Assembly (NCBI GenBank): GCA_038496445.1
Contig: JALMLS010000480.1
Span: 186,001-250,000, forward strand
DNA: 64,000 nucleotides
Direction of reading: 5' to 3'
Origin: Trichosphaerium sp. ATCC 40318
Taxonomy: Eukaryota; Protista; Tubulinea
The notes under the pieces are model-generated. The model was given only the letters and a program-made list of their open reading frames with translations. It was not told the origin of the DNA and ran no database searches. How positions within the stretch are numbered: the first letter of the stretch is position 1; each line of letters starts with the position of its first letter. This document shows positions 37,520 through 51,102 of the stretch, in pieces. The position numbers and the translations under genes are program-made.

Positions 37520-39045
37520 CTATTGGGACAATAATTGAATCCTAAGAGCGTTCATCTCTGGTGTGATCTTAAAATAGACATCAATCACGTGTTAATATTT
37601 TTGAAACGTCAAGTAATTATATTGTGGGGTACGTACTTTGATACATGTTGATGTTGATACACCAGGGTAAAATACGTTTATAGGCAAAGTTATGGTGTCA
37701 GGTACTATGTTGTATAGTTCTCGAATGCCTAAATATTAAATGATTATTGTTATCCTCTTTGTATTTGTTGAAATACCTGTTGTCTTATCAACAAGAAAAG
37801 TCGCCCTTGAAAACAAATCTGTTGTTAGAAGTTTACTCTCAGAGAACATCGTTAAAAAAATTATTGAGCTTTCATAGTCAGTTCCAAGAGGTTCAAGTGC
37901 TTTTACATCAATTATGCAAGGATCTGTACTGAGAACAGATGTGTCAAATTTCACTAAGCGGGAAATCGCATCCATAGATACAGACAAGTATGAAGTATCA
38001 CCATCAATCTCCACTAAAAAAAACAATGCGAGTGAGACAATTGTCCGTTTCAGTCAAGTTAGTCAACCCGTTATTTCGCCAGTTATTTTTGGCTCTTCCA
38101 GCACTGTATTTGTATTGTAGTATGCATTGGAGCACTTATGACGAAAAAAATAAATGGCGAAATAAAGGGTTGACTAACTTTACTGAAACGGCAGTTAAAA
38201 TGGCTAACGTACTTGCATAGACCCGTGCCATACTAACTATTACAGTACAAGAGGTGATTGGCTGTATACAATCATTTGGATTTGAGATATCAATATGATA
38301 GCGGTTAATGAAGAACCCACGGGCAAACGTGATTCCATAGAAATCTGTTTCATCAATAAATTGCCCATCAAAAAATTCAGCTGCTAAAGAACCCCTACAT
38401 ATCTCGTTATTTTCTAAGTCTTTGTAAATAAATTGTGTATTTGGTCCAGTTGAGGATGAACAAGTAAGAAGAACTCTTTCGCCATCTAATGAAGGTACTA
38501 AATTACAAATCAGTCAAGTTTCATTTTCCCACAGATATTCACTTGTTTCCAGACGCACATAAAAATGGAATTTCAAACTCTTCAGTTGTAGGCATGAATT
38601 GAGCGGTAATACCAAATGATTCCAGACCTAAATCAAATTAGTAAAAAGAACCTTTGAGCTACTACAGTATCGACAATGCCTTTCCGGCATTGAAGTATTT
38701 TCACGTGCTCACAATTTACAATTGTGGAAAGCCAAAACGCTAGGCGACATTCGGCAAAACAGGCACCTTACACCTGACACGCCATATCGAAATACAACAC
38801 GCCGAGATGAGCGAAAAGTAGTGTAATACATCCACTCAAAATTGTTTTAAGCTAAAATACAACAGCGATAACATTTGCTGCGCTGTACCATTTAATTCCA
38901 AGTCTGTTTTGTATACTTCGACTGTAGCAGTGTCAGAATCTGTTTCTACAGGATGAATAAAGCCAGGAAGATAGTTCTGGCATGTAGAAAGCGTGAAAAA
39001 GATAGATATCACAACGAATAGTGTAGCGTTGGACATGTGGTTCAT
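37520..39045 (-). CDS. Secreted hypothetical protein, paralogue A
   Basis: MNHMSNATLFVVISIFFTLSTC signal; 6 exons ending ...ITPEMNALRIQLLSQ*; no lesion noticed. Confidence 0.75.
38045..38191. repeat. 46-bp inverted repeat pair (hairpin/MITE-like) inside an intron
   Basis: ccgtttcagtcaagttagtcaacccgttatttcgccagttattttt ... aaaaataaatggcgaaataaagggttgactaactttactgaaacgg, 3 mismatches; absent from the equivalent intron of paralogue B. Confidence 0.85.
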
Positions 39046-39608
39046 ATTGCGACAACTTCTTGAAAAAAAAACTGCCAAACAACTTCAAATTGATTTGACC
39101 GCTTTTATTGATAATTACACCAACTAATCAAGTAACCATAACACTCTGAGTCTATTTTTTAGCATTACAGAGATAATTGACAGTTCTGATACACATAGAA
39201 CATCAATGTGAACCCACATGTCAACTTCTCAATGACAGCCTAGGTTTTTTTTGAAGAAAAATATGGAGTAAATAAGACAATCTGTATATTGTCTCAAAGC
39301 CTCCGTATCATGTGCTTATGTGAGATCGATATTGTAAAAAGCATCATTGTGGAAACTAGCTATTTTTTCTTCAAAAAACAACTCGCCAGTTATTGAGAAG
39401 TGACATGTACGTTCACATTGAGGTTCTATGTGCACAAGAACTGTCAATTATCTCTGTTATGCTAAAAAATTGGAAACACAACGCCACAGTAATCTGATTA
39501 GGTGTAATCACTAAAATAGATATCACAAAACGGTAGTCAGCAACCTTTCACCAAAATGTTTTTCAAAGTTGTTGTGTGTTTTTTTTCTATTCAAGTACTT
39601 GCCGCAAT

Positions 39609-40975
39609 ATGAACCACATGTCCAATAAAACACTTTTGGTTGTGATGTCGATCTTTTTTACGCTTTCCACATGCCAGAACTATCTTCCTGGCTACGTTCT
39701 TATTGTAGAAACAGATTCTGACACTGCTACAGTCGAAGTATACAAAACAGACTTGGAATTAAATGGTACAGCAGCAAATGTTATCGCTGTCGTATTTTAG
39801 CTTAAAACAATTTTGAGTGGATGTAATACACTACTTTTCGCTCATCTTGGCGTGTTGTATTCCGAAATCACGTTTTCCTGAGCCTGTTTTTTGCAATTGT
39901 ACAAAAATTGGTGAAAGCTGTTTTTGTGAGCAAGTAATACTTCAATGCTTTGATTGTCGTTGTTGATACTGTAGCAGCTCAAAGGTCTTTTTACTAATTT
40001 TCTTTAGGTCTGGAACAACTAGGTATTACCGCTCAATTCATGCCTACAACTGCACAGTTTGAATTTCCTTATTTATGTGCGTCTGGAAACAAGTGAATAT
40101 CTGTGGGAAAATGAAACTTGACTGATTTGTAATTTAGTACCTTCATTAGATGGCGAGAACATTCTCCTTTCTTATGCATCTGCAGAGCCTGAAGCAAATA
40201 CACAATTTATTTACAAAGACTTAGAAAACAACGAGATATGTAGGGGTTCTGTAGATGTTCAAATTATTGATGCGCAATTTATTGATGAAACAGCTTTTTA
40301 TGTATTCACGTTTGACCGCGGTTACTTCATTAACCGCTATCATGTTGATATCTCAAATCCAAATGATTGTATATCTGAACCAATCACAACTTGTTCACTG
40401 AGGATTAGTTTGGCCCGTTCTAGTACATTACCTTTTAAAATGTAGTGTTTCTAAGTTAGTTTTTTTTTTACTTCAGTTCTGATTGATGGTGATACAACGT
40501 ACTTGTCTGCAATTTTTGAAACTCCTACAATGCAGACTGGGTAGATATTGAAATTTGATACATCTATTCTCAGTACAGATCCTTGTGTGATTGATTTCAA
40601 CATGTTTGAACCTGTTGGCCCTGAATATGAAAGCTTAGCCATATCTTTAACAACATTCTCTGATACTAAACTGATGGCTACAGATATTCAGAGAAGAACG
40701 ACTTTTCTTGTAGATAAGACAACAGGTATTTCAAACAAATACAAAAGAGGATAACAATAATCATTTAATATTTAGGCATTCAAGAACCATACAACATGGT
40801 ACCTGACAGCATACCTCTGGCTTTAAATGTATTTTATCCTGGTGTATCAACATGTATCAAAGTACGTACCCCAATATAATTACTTGACGTTTCAAAAAAT
40901 TAACACGTGATTGATGTCTATTTTAAGATCACACCAGAGATGAACGCTCTTAGGATTCAATTATTGTCCCAATAG
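39609..40975 (+). pseudogene. Secreted hypothetical protein, paralogue B, with an in-frame TAG
   Basis: Same exon layout as paralogue A; TAG at 40542-40544 (TMQTG*ILKFD) where A reads AISRLVKFD. Confidence 0.65.
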
Positions 40976-42093
40976 AAATAAAACAATCATTATCTCAATA
41001 GAAATAAAGCAAGTATTTTGATATCATGTGTCAGTGCACAGCGCAGTATTGTTCTGTGGCGGGTTTAATGTCTGATAAAGCTTAACATATCGGCTTAGCC
41101 AATGGAACAACCAAAGTCAGCCAAATAGCTCCCATGACTTTTTTTCATTGCAAGCCATTTGATAACAGTTAGTGTATTCAAAATCACGTTGTACCATGCC
41201 TTGTGCTAATGTCGCTAACTTTACCCTGAGCCAGTTACATATTATAAAAATACTCAGTGCTCCTATTGTCCGTTGCAAGCAAGTTTGCAGAGAAAAACAA
41301 CAAACATCATTTCCTTTTGATGAAAAAGGTTGTTTGTTTGGTTGTAGTGGGAGATAGGTTGAGGAGTTTGAATTGTACAAACCATTGAAGGTAACTTACA
41401 TTCGGACGTTTGAGAAACTAAAAGAATGAAAGAGATATTGCTCAACTCTGACTTAAGTTCTACAATCACTTATTGAACGCTATAGTGCTCCGTTCAAATA
41501 TGGGTTGCTGTACATCACCTGAATAAATGATTTCAAGGTCATCAAACGTCACATTGGACGGAAGTGTATTATCTACACCTTTAATGCGGTTGGTGCTTTT
41601 GAGTATGAGAAAACACCAGCTGATTCGATGTAAAAGATGACGTTTGTTGTATTGTCATCAAAAGATACTAGCGAACAGTTAAACAACAGTTTATGGAAAT
41701 AAAAATGTTGCAAAAAAAACATACATTAAACCCTTGAATTGTGACCGCTGGACGTGCATCTCCATAAACAATTAATATACCTATATCAACAGATGCACCT
41801 AATGCAATAATAAGATGCTTGAGGTATTGCAGCTGGGAGAAAAGGTGTCTACTGGCTCAACAATAAAAGGATTATCAGATCTCTTTGACGACTAGATTAT
41901 CATATATGATACATTCTTTCTCTTATGTGGACTGAATTTCTAATCACAAAGCTGGCATGGCTCATCCCTTCACTTCGAAAATTTCGACTGTTGTGAGTAC
42001 GTAGTACTTAAATTTTGCAAGAACGGCTTTTGGTGAATATTTGTTGACGTTCCAACAAAGCTATCAAATCAGTCTAATGAGTGAATTGAGCAT

Positions 42094-44569
42094 TTATTGT
42101 ATGTACAATGGGAATATTGAAATGAAAGGGTTCTTGAATCCAACAACATCAGAGCGTAGTATGGTATCACTTTCTGCAGCAACCATCATTCTTGACTCTG
42201 GTTCTTGATCATCTGACTTGTCATCATCCTCACTATTGGCCAATTCATTGTCGTCATTGCCCAACTTATCTTCGCCATCATGATGCTCATGCTTTTTATT
42301 TATTGAAGGCCCTGTAGCAGCTGGCTTTTTCGATTGTTCTTCAAGAAGACTTGAGTATTGGCTAATGGTTTTTAATAAGAAACCTGCGAAACACGTGGTT
42401 GCTACAAGAAGCTGTTTCAAAAAGATATTTTTTCAAAAAAAATGAGAAAAAAAAAGTACCTTGCTGCTAATGATACAACACTGAATCCACTGTCGCTGCT
42501 GTTACCTGAGTCTTCTTCTGGTTCAAATTCATACTCTCTATGGATGTTCATTTTTTTAATCTGTCTATCACGTGGATGTCCACATACTTGAACTGGAAAC
42601 GCAACATTGACACGCTTAACTATCAAAGATTAAGTAAACCTCAATGTTTGTAGCAATCATCGATGACGTACATGTGCTGAACTTTCCTTTTACTTTGACT
42701 TGATATGTACGTAAAACAGCAGATGTATTATGAAGTGATGGCCAGTATCGATTATTTGGAATCTTGAAGTTCATTGTATACTGTTTCTTAAAAGTATCTC
42801 CTGGTTCTATTTTAATATCTTCTTTGATATTGAACATTGTACACCTTAACACGTTTAAGTGAAACAAACGTATTGAACGTTTTTAGTGTACCTATTTGCT
42901 GTAGCAGACCCCATAGCTCTAAGCGTTCTCCTCATCTTGAGTTTGATATTGGTTATTTTAAGTGGCTTTGCAGTGACGTTTTCAATAGTCTGGATAAAAC
43001 AAACAAAGTAAGTTTTGTTGAATACTTCACATAGTCTATTAAGACTTTTTTGGAAATAAACAGCTACTTACCATTGAAAACTCAAGTACTCTTGGGTCGT
43101 CAATGTAGATCACTGGATTTTTATACTGAACAGTAAATTTGACACCAGTTTTAGGATGAGCGAATATTAACTTGTCTGGAAAGTCAGCTTCATCCATTTG
43201 TTCTGCCACATCAATAAATGCCGCTACAGCTCTGATTAATATTTACACAAGTAACAGAGGAACAGTAAAATAAGAAAGACAGTCGTACCACAACAAAGTT
43301 CAGGATGAGTTGGTGCTCTTTTCATGTGCTTCAGCTTTTGGTATTTACCATGGTATGCTCTAACTTGATAAATAATCTTACCGATATCGCCACTTTTTGT
43401 CATGTAAGATGAAGGGAGACCATGAGGTATTGGTAAACAAAAAGGGTATGAATGGTGACCAGGCGGGATACCCTTTAAAAATAACTTAATCAAAGAAAGA
43501 AGAAAATATTATGCAGGGTTTACAAACAAACTGACAGACGTACATCTTCAAAAGTGCCTTCCAACTTGTACTGCTTATTTATAATTGGTTTTGTTGCAGT
43601 GTATGTTGTACTGCTTTTTCCATGGCTCCTTGTCCATGTACAATACTCCTATAATCATACATAAGTTTAAAGGATATCTTGATCTCAAGGATGAACTTAC
43701 ATAGCCATGGAGTACGATGCAAATACCATCTTCTGGTTTAACATGAAATGGTGTTGAGAAATGAACAACACCAGAAACGGTTCCTCCTGTGTGATACGTC
43801 TTAAGAGGGACACTCATTGACATTTCAGGTAGACGTCTATCATGTGTGAGCAATAAAGCAAAACAAAAAAAAAAGAGATGAAGTGCAAGCATTGCCGGTC
43901 ACGTCTTTTTGTTTCGTACCTTTTAGCATTTTTAATGACTTTGGGTATCATAGATTCGGTACTCATTGTCATTCTGAAATGGATTTTCATGTCAGGGAAT
44001 CCTTGAGCACCAAAATCGATCCAAATATCTCTGTACAACAATTAGTCAGTAAAAAGTAATCACTGAACACAACTTACTGTTCATCTCCTGGTTGGAATTT
44101 CATAAAGTCAGGGAACAATTGAGCTACAACCTAGTGAATGTCATAAGTTGATGCGTTTGTATGGCTATCAAAGAACAGTTTTCAGCAACAAGTTGCGTTA
44201 TCTCGGTCACGCGCTTCGAGCGCAAATATGATATAATGTGCGTAAACTTTGTTACGCACGAGATAATGTCAACACGAGCAAAATTATAACTCCCACGTGT
44301 TTTTTTGGCGTAAAGTGACACTTACCTCTTTCGAAGACATGAACTTTTTTGTCTTAACTTTAATTTCTAGTGGCGATAAAACGTCTTGATTTATCAATAA
44401 GATGAGTCGTTGATAGTAAGGTCTCTTTGTAAGGTTTATTGCTAATAAAAACTTGTAAATACCTTTCTTTCGCGTTGAATAGAGTATAAAAAGCGATTAT
44501 GAAGGTTTTATTGCTGTTCGGAGTGCATCGCCAGAAAATAGTTTTAAAACGTACCAGATGTCTTCGCAT
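42094..44569 (-). CDS. Arrestin-fold (alpha-arrestin-like) protein, copy 1
   Basis: KTYHTGGTVSGVVHF, GIPPGHHSYPFCLPIPHGLPSSY...GKIIYQVRA, IEPGDTF, PSLHNTSAVLRTYQVKV; acidic tail. Confidence 0.8.
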
Positions 44570-45102
44570 TCTCTTTGTTATGACTAATACTCACCAACAC
44601 GTTGTTCTCTACAGGAAATCCTATTGCTTCGCAAACTTCAATCCGTACGACGCGCACGGTTTGTAGTTGTTTACTTAAACGATATTCAGCAGAGTAGGGA
44701 AGCATCATAGGAGGTTCCATGGTTGTAAGAATACTTTCAATAAACCCTTGTTTAAGCCTGGGTGTGCACTACCCGAAGCCAGTTCCCTGAACCTGTCCCA
44801 AGATTATGCGCTATTGGGTCAAAGTCTACAACTCTGTTCGTCAATTCTCAAACCGTTCTGTCCTATGTTTATCCTGTTCTGGACACCCTTCCCAACATTA
44901 TTGTTCATTGAACAAAGCACGCACTGTACAACCCAAACACGTGTTCAATTTTGACTTACTGACCTGCTCTGGTAAAAGTTTTCGTTCTTGTTTTCTCGCT
45001 TGCAATAACAAACGCCTGTAATAATACAAAAAAAAAAGTAAACGCTTTTCTTTTAAAACACGTGGTCATCAAACATTCTCTTTGTCAGAAAATTAGCCTC
45101 TA

Positions 45103-45693
45103 ATGGCATCAAAGCGCAAGGCACCAATTATTAAGATATTCCATTGCCATAATTACAACTAACACCACAAATAGCGAGGCACTGCAAAATCGGCTGCTTC
45201 TGGCTTGTTGAACCTTCCAGTAGAGTTACACCTCTATATTATCGATTTAAGCTATGAGGTGTATTTGCGGTGGCCTCTACTATCAAAATACGCAGCGACA
45301 ACAACAAGGTTTGATGATTGTCTGAATAAACACGGAAAATGGCTGAAACAAAAGAAGAACTCTTCATATTCACAACTTATAAAACAACAATATTGGATGC
45401 ATGGTAAACGACATGGAGAGTATAAGAGTTGGCACACGAATGATCAGTTATCAAAGCAATGTTGTTACATCAACGGTTTGAAAGAAGGAGAATACAAAAC
45501 GTGGTACTGTACTGGTAATGTGTTGCAAGAGTTTCATTTTGTCCATGATAATCTAAACGGAGACTACAAAGTGTGGCACGCCAATGGTCAATTGTATGTC
45601 CATTGCAATTATATCAACGGCATACTCAATGGACAGTACAAACAATGGAATTGTAACGGTGAAGTAAACACTGATTGTACATATGAATGGTGA
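45103..45693 (+). CDS. F-box-like + MORN-variant repeat protein, paralogue of 19142-19798
   Basis: MASKRK|RGTAKSAASGLLNLPVELHLYII via a GC-AG intron 45121-45174 with CTAAC branch site; shares EVYL(R/K)WPLLSK.AA..TRFD with the other copy; HGEYKSWHTNDQL-type repeats. Confidence 0.85.
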
Positions 45694-45920
45694 CAGAGCG
45701 TTGGCAACAAACATTATCTTTCTTTAGTCCAAACTTAGTTTATCAACTATTAAATAGTTATTGAATGACAGTAAACTGTTTACCATTCCTTCTATCACTA
45801 AGAAAAACAACTAAATGCAAAGTTCAAGTAGCTCATGGATTTGGAACTAGTACACTTGATAACCATAATCTTATGGCTACCAAAGACTAGGGTGCTTTCT
45901 TATTCAGTCATTTTGTATAT

Positions 45921-48319
45921 TTATTGTATGTACAATGGGAATATTGAAATAAAAGGGTTCATGAAACCAAAAACATCAGAGCGTAGTATGGTATCACTTT
46001 TTGCAGCAACCATCATTCTTGACTCTGGTTCTTGATCATCTGAATTGTCATCATCTTCACTATTGGCCAATTCATTGTCGTCATTGCCCAACTTATTTTC
46101 GCCATCATGACGCTCATGTTTTTTATTTATTGAAGGCCCTGTAGTAGCACCCGGCTTTCTTAAGCTTTCTTCCAGAAGACTTGAGTATTGGCTAATGTTT
46201 TGAAAATAAGAAAAACTGTGAAATATTGGCAAGACCATGGAGAAAAAAGTGAGAAAAAAAAGTACCTTGCTGCTAATGATACAACACTGAATCCATCGCT
46301 ATCTTCTTCTGGTTCAAATTCGTATTCTCTATGGATGTTAGTTTTTTTAATCTGTCTATCACGTGGATGTCCACACACTTGAACTGGAAACGCAACATTG
46401 ACACGCTTAACTATCAAAGATTTAGTAAACCTCAATGTTTGTAGCAATCATCGATGACGTACATGTGCTGAACTTTCCTTTTACCTTGACTTGATATGTA
46501 CATAAAACAGCAGATGTATTATGAAGTGATGGCCCGTATAGCTTATTGATGTTCATTGTATACTGCTTCTTAAAAGTATCTCCTGGTTCTATTTTAATAT
46601 CTTCTTTGATATTGAACATTGTACACCTTAACACGTTTAAATGAAACAAACATATTGAACGTTTTTAGTGTACCTATATGATGTAGTAGACCCCATAGCT
46701 CTAAGCGTTATTTTCAAATAGAGTTTGACATTGGTTATTTTAAGTGGCTTTGCAGTGACGTTTTCAATAGTCTGGATAAAACAAACAAAGTAAGTTTTGT
46801 TGAATACTTCACATAATCTAATTAACACTTTTTTGTTAAATAAACAGCTACTTACCATTGCAAACTCAAGTACTCTTGGGTCGTCAATGTACATCACTGG
46901 ATTTTTGTACTGAACAGTAAATTTGACACCAGTTTTAGGATGAGCGAATATTAACTTGTCCGGAAAGTCAGCTTCGTCCATTTGTTCTGCCACATCAATA
47001 AATGCCGCTACAATATGATTAATATTTACACAAGTAACAAAGGAACAGTAAATTAAGAAAGACAGTCGTACCACAACAAAGTTCAGGATGAGTTGGTGCT
47101 CTTTTCATGTGCTTCAGCTTTTGATATTTACCATGGTACGCTCTAACTTGATAAGTAATCTTAACGTCATCACTTTTTGTCACGTAAGAAGAAGGGACAC
47201 CACGAGGTATTGGTAAACAAAAAGGGTATGAATGGTGACCAGGTGGGATACCCTTTTGTCTTTCATTTTCAACGAAAAGATCTTCAAAAGTGCCTTGTAA
47301 CTTGTACAGCTTGTTTGTAATTATTTCTGTTGCACTGTATGTTGTACTTCTTTTTGCATGGCTCCTTTTCCATGTACAATACTCCTATAATCGTACATAA
47401 GTTTAAAGGATATCTTGATCTCAGGGATGAACTTACATAGCCATGGAGTACAATGTAAATACCACCTTCTGGTTTAACATGAAATGGTGTTGAGAAATGA
47501 ACAACACCAGAAACCTGTCCTCCTGTGTGATATGTCTTAAGAGGGACACTCATTGACATTTCAGGTAGACGTCTATCATGTGTGAGCAATAAAACAAAAC
47601 AAATAACACAAAAAAGGGAGAAAAGATGAACTGGTTTCCTACCTTGAAGCATTTTTAATGACTTTGGGTATCATAGATTCGGTACTCATTCTCATTTTGA
47701 AATGGATTTTCATGTCAGGGAATCCTTGAGCACCAAAATCGATCCAAATATCTCTGGGCAAAGATTACACTCAAAAAAAAAAAGTAGTATCACCGAACAA
47801 CTTACTGTTCATCTCCTGGTTGGAATTTCATAAAGTCAGGGAACAATTGAGCTACAATCTAATAAAATCGTAAGTTAATGTTGTTGCTACTAAAGAGAAT
47901 AGGTTTTCGCAAACAAATTTATTTTCTCAGTCAATCGCTCAAGCGCATGCCACAGAGGTTAAACAAATCTATCGGAGTCAAATAGTAGGCAAGAAGACAA
48001 CACGAGAAAACGCGAATGATAAGAGGGATAATACTATCAAAAAGCAGAACACGTGGAGTTATTTTGGCGTAAAGTGACACTTACCTCTTTCGAAGACATG
48101 AACTTTTTTGTCTTAACTTTTATTTCTAGTGGCGATAAAACATCTTGATTTATCAATAAGATGAGTCGTTGATAGTAAGATCTCTTTGTAAGGTTTATTG
48201 CTAATAAAAACTTGTAAATACCCTTCTTTCACATAGATGTAAAATCACCAACAAGGGTTTATTTCGTTCCCTAGGAATCGCCAGAAAATAGTTTTAAAAC
48301 GTACCAGATGTCTCCGCAT
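45921..48319 (-). CDS. Arrestin-fold protein, copy 2
   Basis: Same motifs as copy 1, with substitutions and small indels. Confidence 0.8.
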
Positions 48320-49364
48320 TCTCTTTGTTATGACTAATACTCACCAACACGTTGTTCTCTACAGGAAATCCTATTGCTTCGCAAACTTCAATCCGTACGA
48401 CACGCACAGTTTGTAGAAGTTGTTTACTTAGATAGTATTCAACAGAATAGGGAAGCGTCATAGCACGTTCCATGGTTGTAAGAATGGTGTACGATTATCA
48501 ATAAACTTTTTTAAGCCCAAGTGTACACTACTTTTCGCGAAATAGCTACCCGAAGCCAGTTCTCTGAACCTGTTACCCAAGATCCTAAACGTTGTCAGAA
48601 TAGGGAAGCACCATAAGAAGAATATAATCAATAAACCCTTTTAAGCCTGTGTTGCTCTACTTTTCGCTAACCAGAAGGGTTGTGCACTACTTTTGGTTCG
48701 CGAAAACACAATCGATATTTCACGAAATTTCGCATAGTATCTCAAGATTTTTTTCCTACAAGCGTATACAGTAATAAAACAACAGTGGTTAGTCAAAAAC
48801 ATAAGCAACTTTGTAAAAAGATGTATTTTATTTACCGACAAACAAATCTATCTGATCTGAAGAGTTGGAGGTTCTGTGTGCATACAGAGCGTGTGAAGGT
48901 ACAATACTTCCGTTAGCAATTGGTTGGTACACGTGACATGCTTCTTAGCGTTTTTGGTACATATTGTCTGTTTCATTCAAGTTTTACTAATATTTTCCAG
49001 AAAGTGAGTTTTTAGCACGTTTAGCAGATCTAGCAAGATCTGACACTTCTGTCAAATGGTGTAGATCTATCACAATGTGAACTATTTGTGTTACAATGTT
49101 GTCCTTCATTGTGTGACTTAGGTACCTTACGGTAAGTGATAGCAAAATTGTCAAAGTAAGTTTCAACAGACCATATGGAAGATGATCGCAGCATTTTACC
49201 ATTGCAAACTGTACACGGTACAGAAGTGTTCAATGCGCTAAAAGCGAATTAAAAAGGTATGATGTCCTACAAAGCTATCGCATTACCACCAAACACGGTA
49301 TGATGCCTCAAACACTGTTTGCTTTATGTTTTGCTTCAAAAAATCAACGTACGTGTATAACTTA

Positions 49365-49402
49365 CTAGCGCCTACCCCACGTACGCTAGCGCCTACCCCA
49401 CG
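49365..49402. repeat. Short tandem duplication (period 21 bp)
   Basis: ctagcgcctaccccacg occurs twice, separated by tacg. Confidence 0.8.
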
Positions 49403-50568
49403 CTAACAACAGCGCTATGGCAGCATCCAAATAGCAAGGCAGTGTACTAACGTTAAAACCTCCCAAAACACCACCAGCATTGCTGTAGGCTTTGTAACCG
49501 TTCAAATATGTAAATACAAAATTTTGCTATGGGTTGGTTAAATCACGTGGGTTTGAAACGGTTCAACAGGCGTGAGGGGTAGCTCACATTTAAAAAATGA
49601 CAATTTGCAAGATCTGTCAGAAGTGTCAAATCCGTCAGATCTGTGTTCTGGAGTTTGATAAAATCACGTGATGACGCAAACCTTTTCTGGTAGGGCGCTA
49701 GATTACCTTATCGAATTGGCTCACGTCTACACAGTAAACAACAACTTGAAAGCGTTCACAATGGTTTGATAAATCTACACTTGTTTCTTGATCTCCGAGT
49801 AAAGTAACTGTTTTGAATGATATTTTTGGGAACTGTAGATACTCTTCTTCTATGCCTGTGATAATAGAACGTGCCCTAGAATATACGACATTAATAAATA
49901 ATAGAAATCAATCGCACAAACTAACCACAAAGAAGGGAAAAAACCGTTTGTTGGATTTTTTTTACCGCTACTACCACTTACAAAATAATGTCTTGTATTG
50001 TTGGTTGATATTTTGGATCTGCTACTCTTGAAAAATTGTTACGCCAACTGAAAAAAAAAAAAAGACGTAACAACAAGTAGCAGGTTCATAATCGTTGCCG
50101 TCTGCTTCTGTCTCGTCCGACGTCTGTTATCTACTGATTTAGCCGACCTATGTCTTCTCCTCTTTTTAATGGAGAATAGACGACTTCTTCTGGAATGTGT
50201 GGGCCGTCCAGGAGGTGGTACACGCTCAGCAACATCTATTGTCTTTCTTAAAATGTTTGTAAGAAATGAAAAAAACCAAATGACTAAAATAGACTAAGTT
50301 ATTCTTACATGCTTGTTCCTGTACAAAGCGTACCTAGGAAGTAAATACATACGATATACACCGCAACACAAACCAGCGTTAGGAATTATTGGAGAGCTAA
50401 TTAAGGTCTTTGATAAACACGTGAAAACCACTCAGCCTTTCTGGCTTACACTTGAAGTTTAGGCGGATTGCTTGCTTTGGGAACATACCACTAAATCATA
50501 GATCAAATTGCTTCGTCATTTCAAACTATTTTATTTCTACAAATTGCACGTGGTCTTCGTTATTGGTG

Positions 50569-51102
50569 CTAAGGAATTTTCTTTTTATCCGTCAGTACCT
50601 CTGCGGTCCTGTTTTTACCAAAGCAATTACCGAGCAACTCTTGCTCAAAAACACTCATATATGCTCTTGGGCTTCTACGACGTGCATTTATAGCATTGTT
50701 AAAAACAGACTTGAACGCCTTTCTATTGCTGGTGCTGATTGTCCATCCGCTGACTTGCCATTCCTCAGTGTTCTTCTTGATCCAAGATTGTTGCTTGGCA
50801 TAAGCAAACAGCCTTTCATGCTTGTTACCATCGCCACTCTTGAAGAAATCATTCGTGACAATAACATATGTTGTTGTCTTTGTTGCGTATACAGTCAAAC
50901 AAGTACAAGCAGTATATGTATCCTGATGCTTATTGTCCTCCTCTGCTCGTCTTTTTCTATTTATCTTTATGACAAAGTTCTTTGACACACTGCATTTTTT
51001 AGGTTTAGAGTGCTGTTCCTTTTGTTTATCGCTCATCTTTTTGTATTCGGCTTTGGCAAGTTCAAGAAGTTGAGTTTCGATTGCAAGTTTAGATTTACCC
51101 AT
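50569..51102 (-). CDS. Hypothetical Lys-rich protein (probably continues in further exons)
   Basis: 177-aa ATG-initiated ORF with protein-like composition; no family recognised. Confidence 0.5.
   Translation of the reverse strand: MGKSKLAIETQLLELAKAEYKKMSDKQKEQHSKPKKCSVSKNFVIKINRKRRAEEDNKHQDTYTACTCLTVYATKTTTYVIVTNDFFKSGDGNKHERLFAYAKQQSWIKKNTEEWQVSGWTISTSNRKAFKSVFNNAINARRRSPRAYMSVFEQELLGNCFGKNRTAEVLTDKKKIP

Larger units (their letters stand above)
37497..40998. repeat. Large imperfect inverted duplication (arms ~37497-39263 and ~39361-40998, ~100 bp spacer)
   Basis: Exons, introns, 3' flanks and upstream DNA match as reverse complements, e.g. agcattacagagataattgacagttct (39161) vs agaactgtcaattatctctgttatgct (39437). 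Confidence 0.95.
42093..48580. repeat. Tandem duplication of the arrestin locus (~42093-44800 and ~45920-48580)
   Basis: Near-identical exons, introns and upstream DNA in both copies, separated by a unique segment holding the MORN gene. Confidence 0.95.

Noticed and set aside
41117-41830. Coding-like fragments on the minus strand
   Set aside because: Multiple stops and frame changes with no recognisable family; at most a decayed pseudogene.
50452-50985. 177-aa plus-strand ORF overlapping 50569-51102
   Set aside because: Non-ATG start and composition typical of an antisense shadow of a Lys-rich gene.
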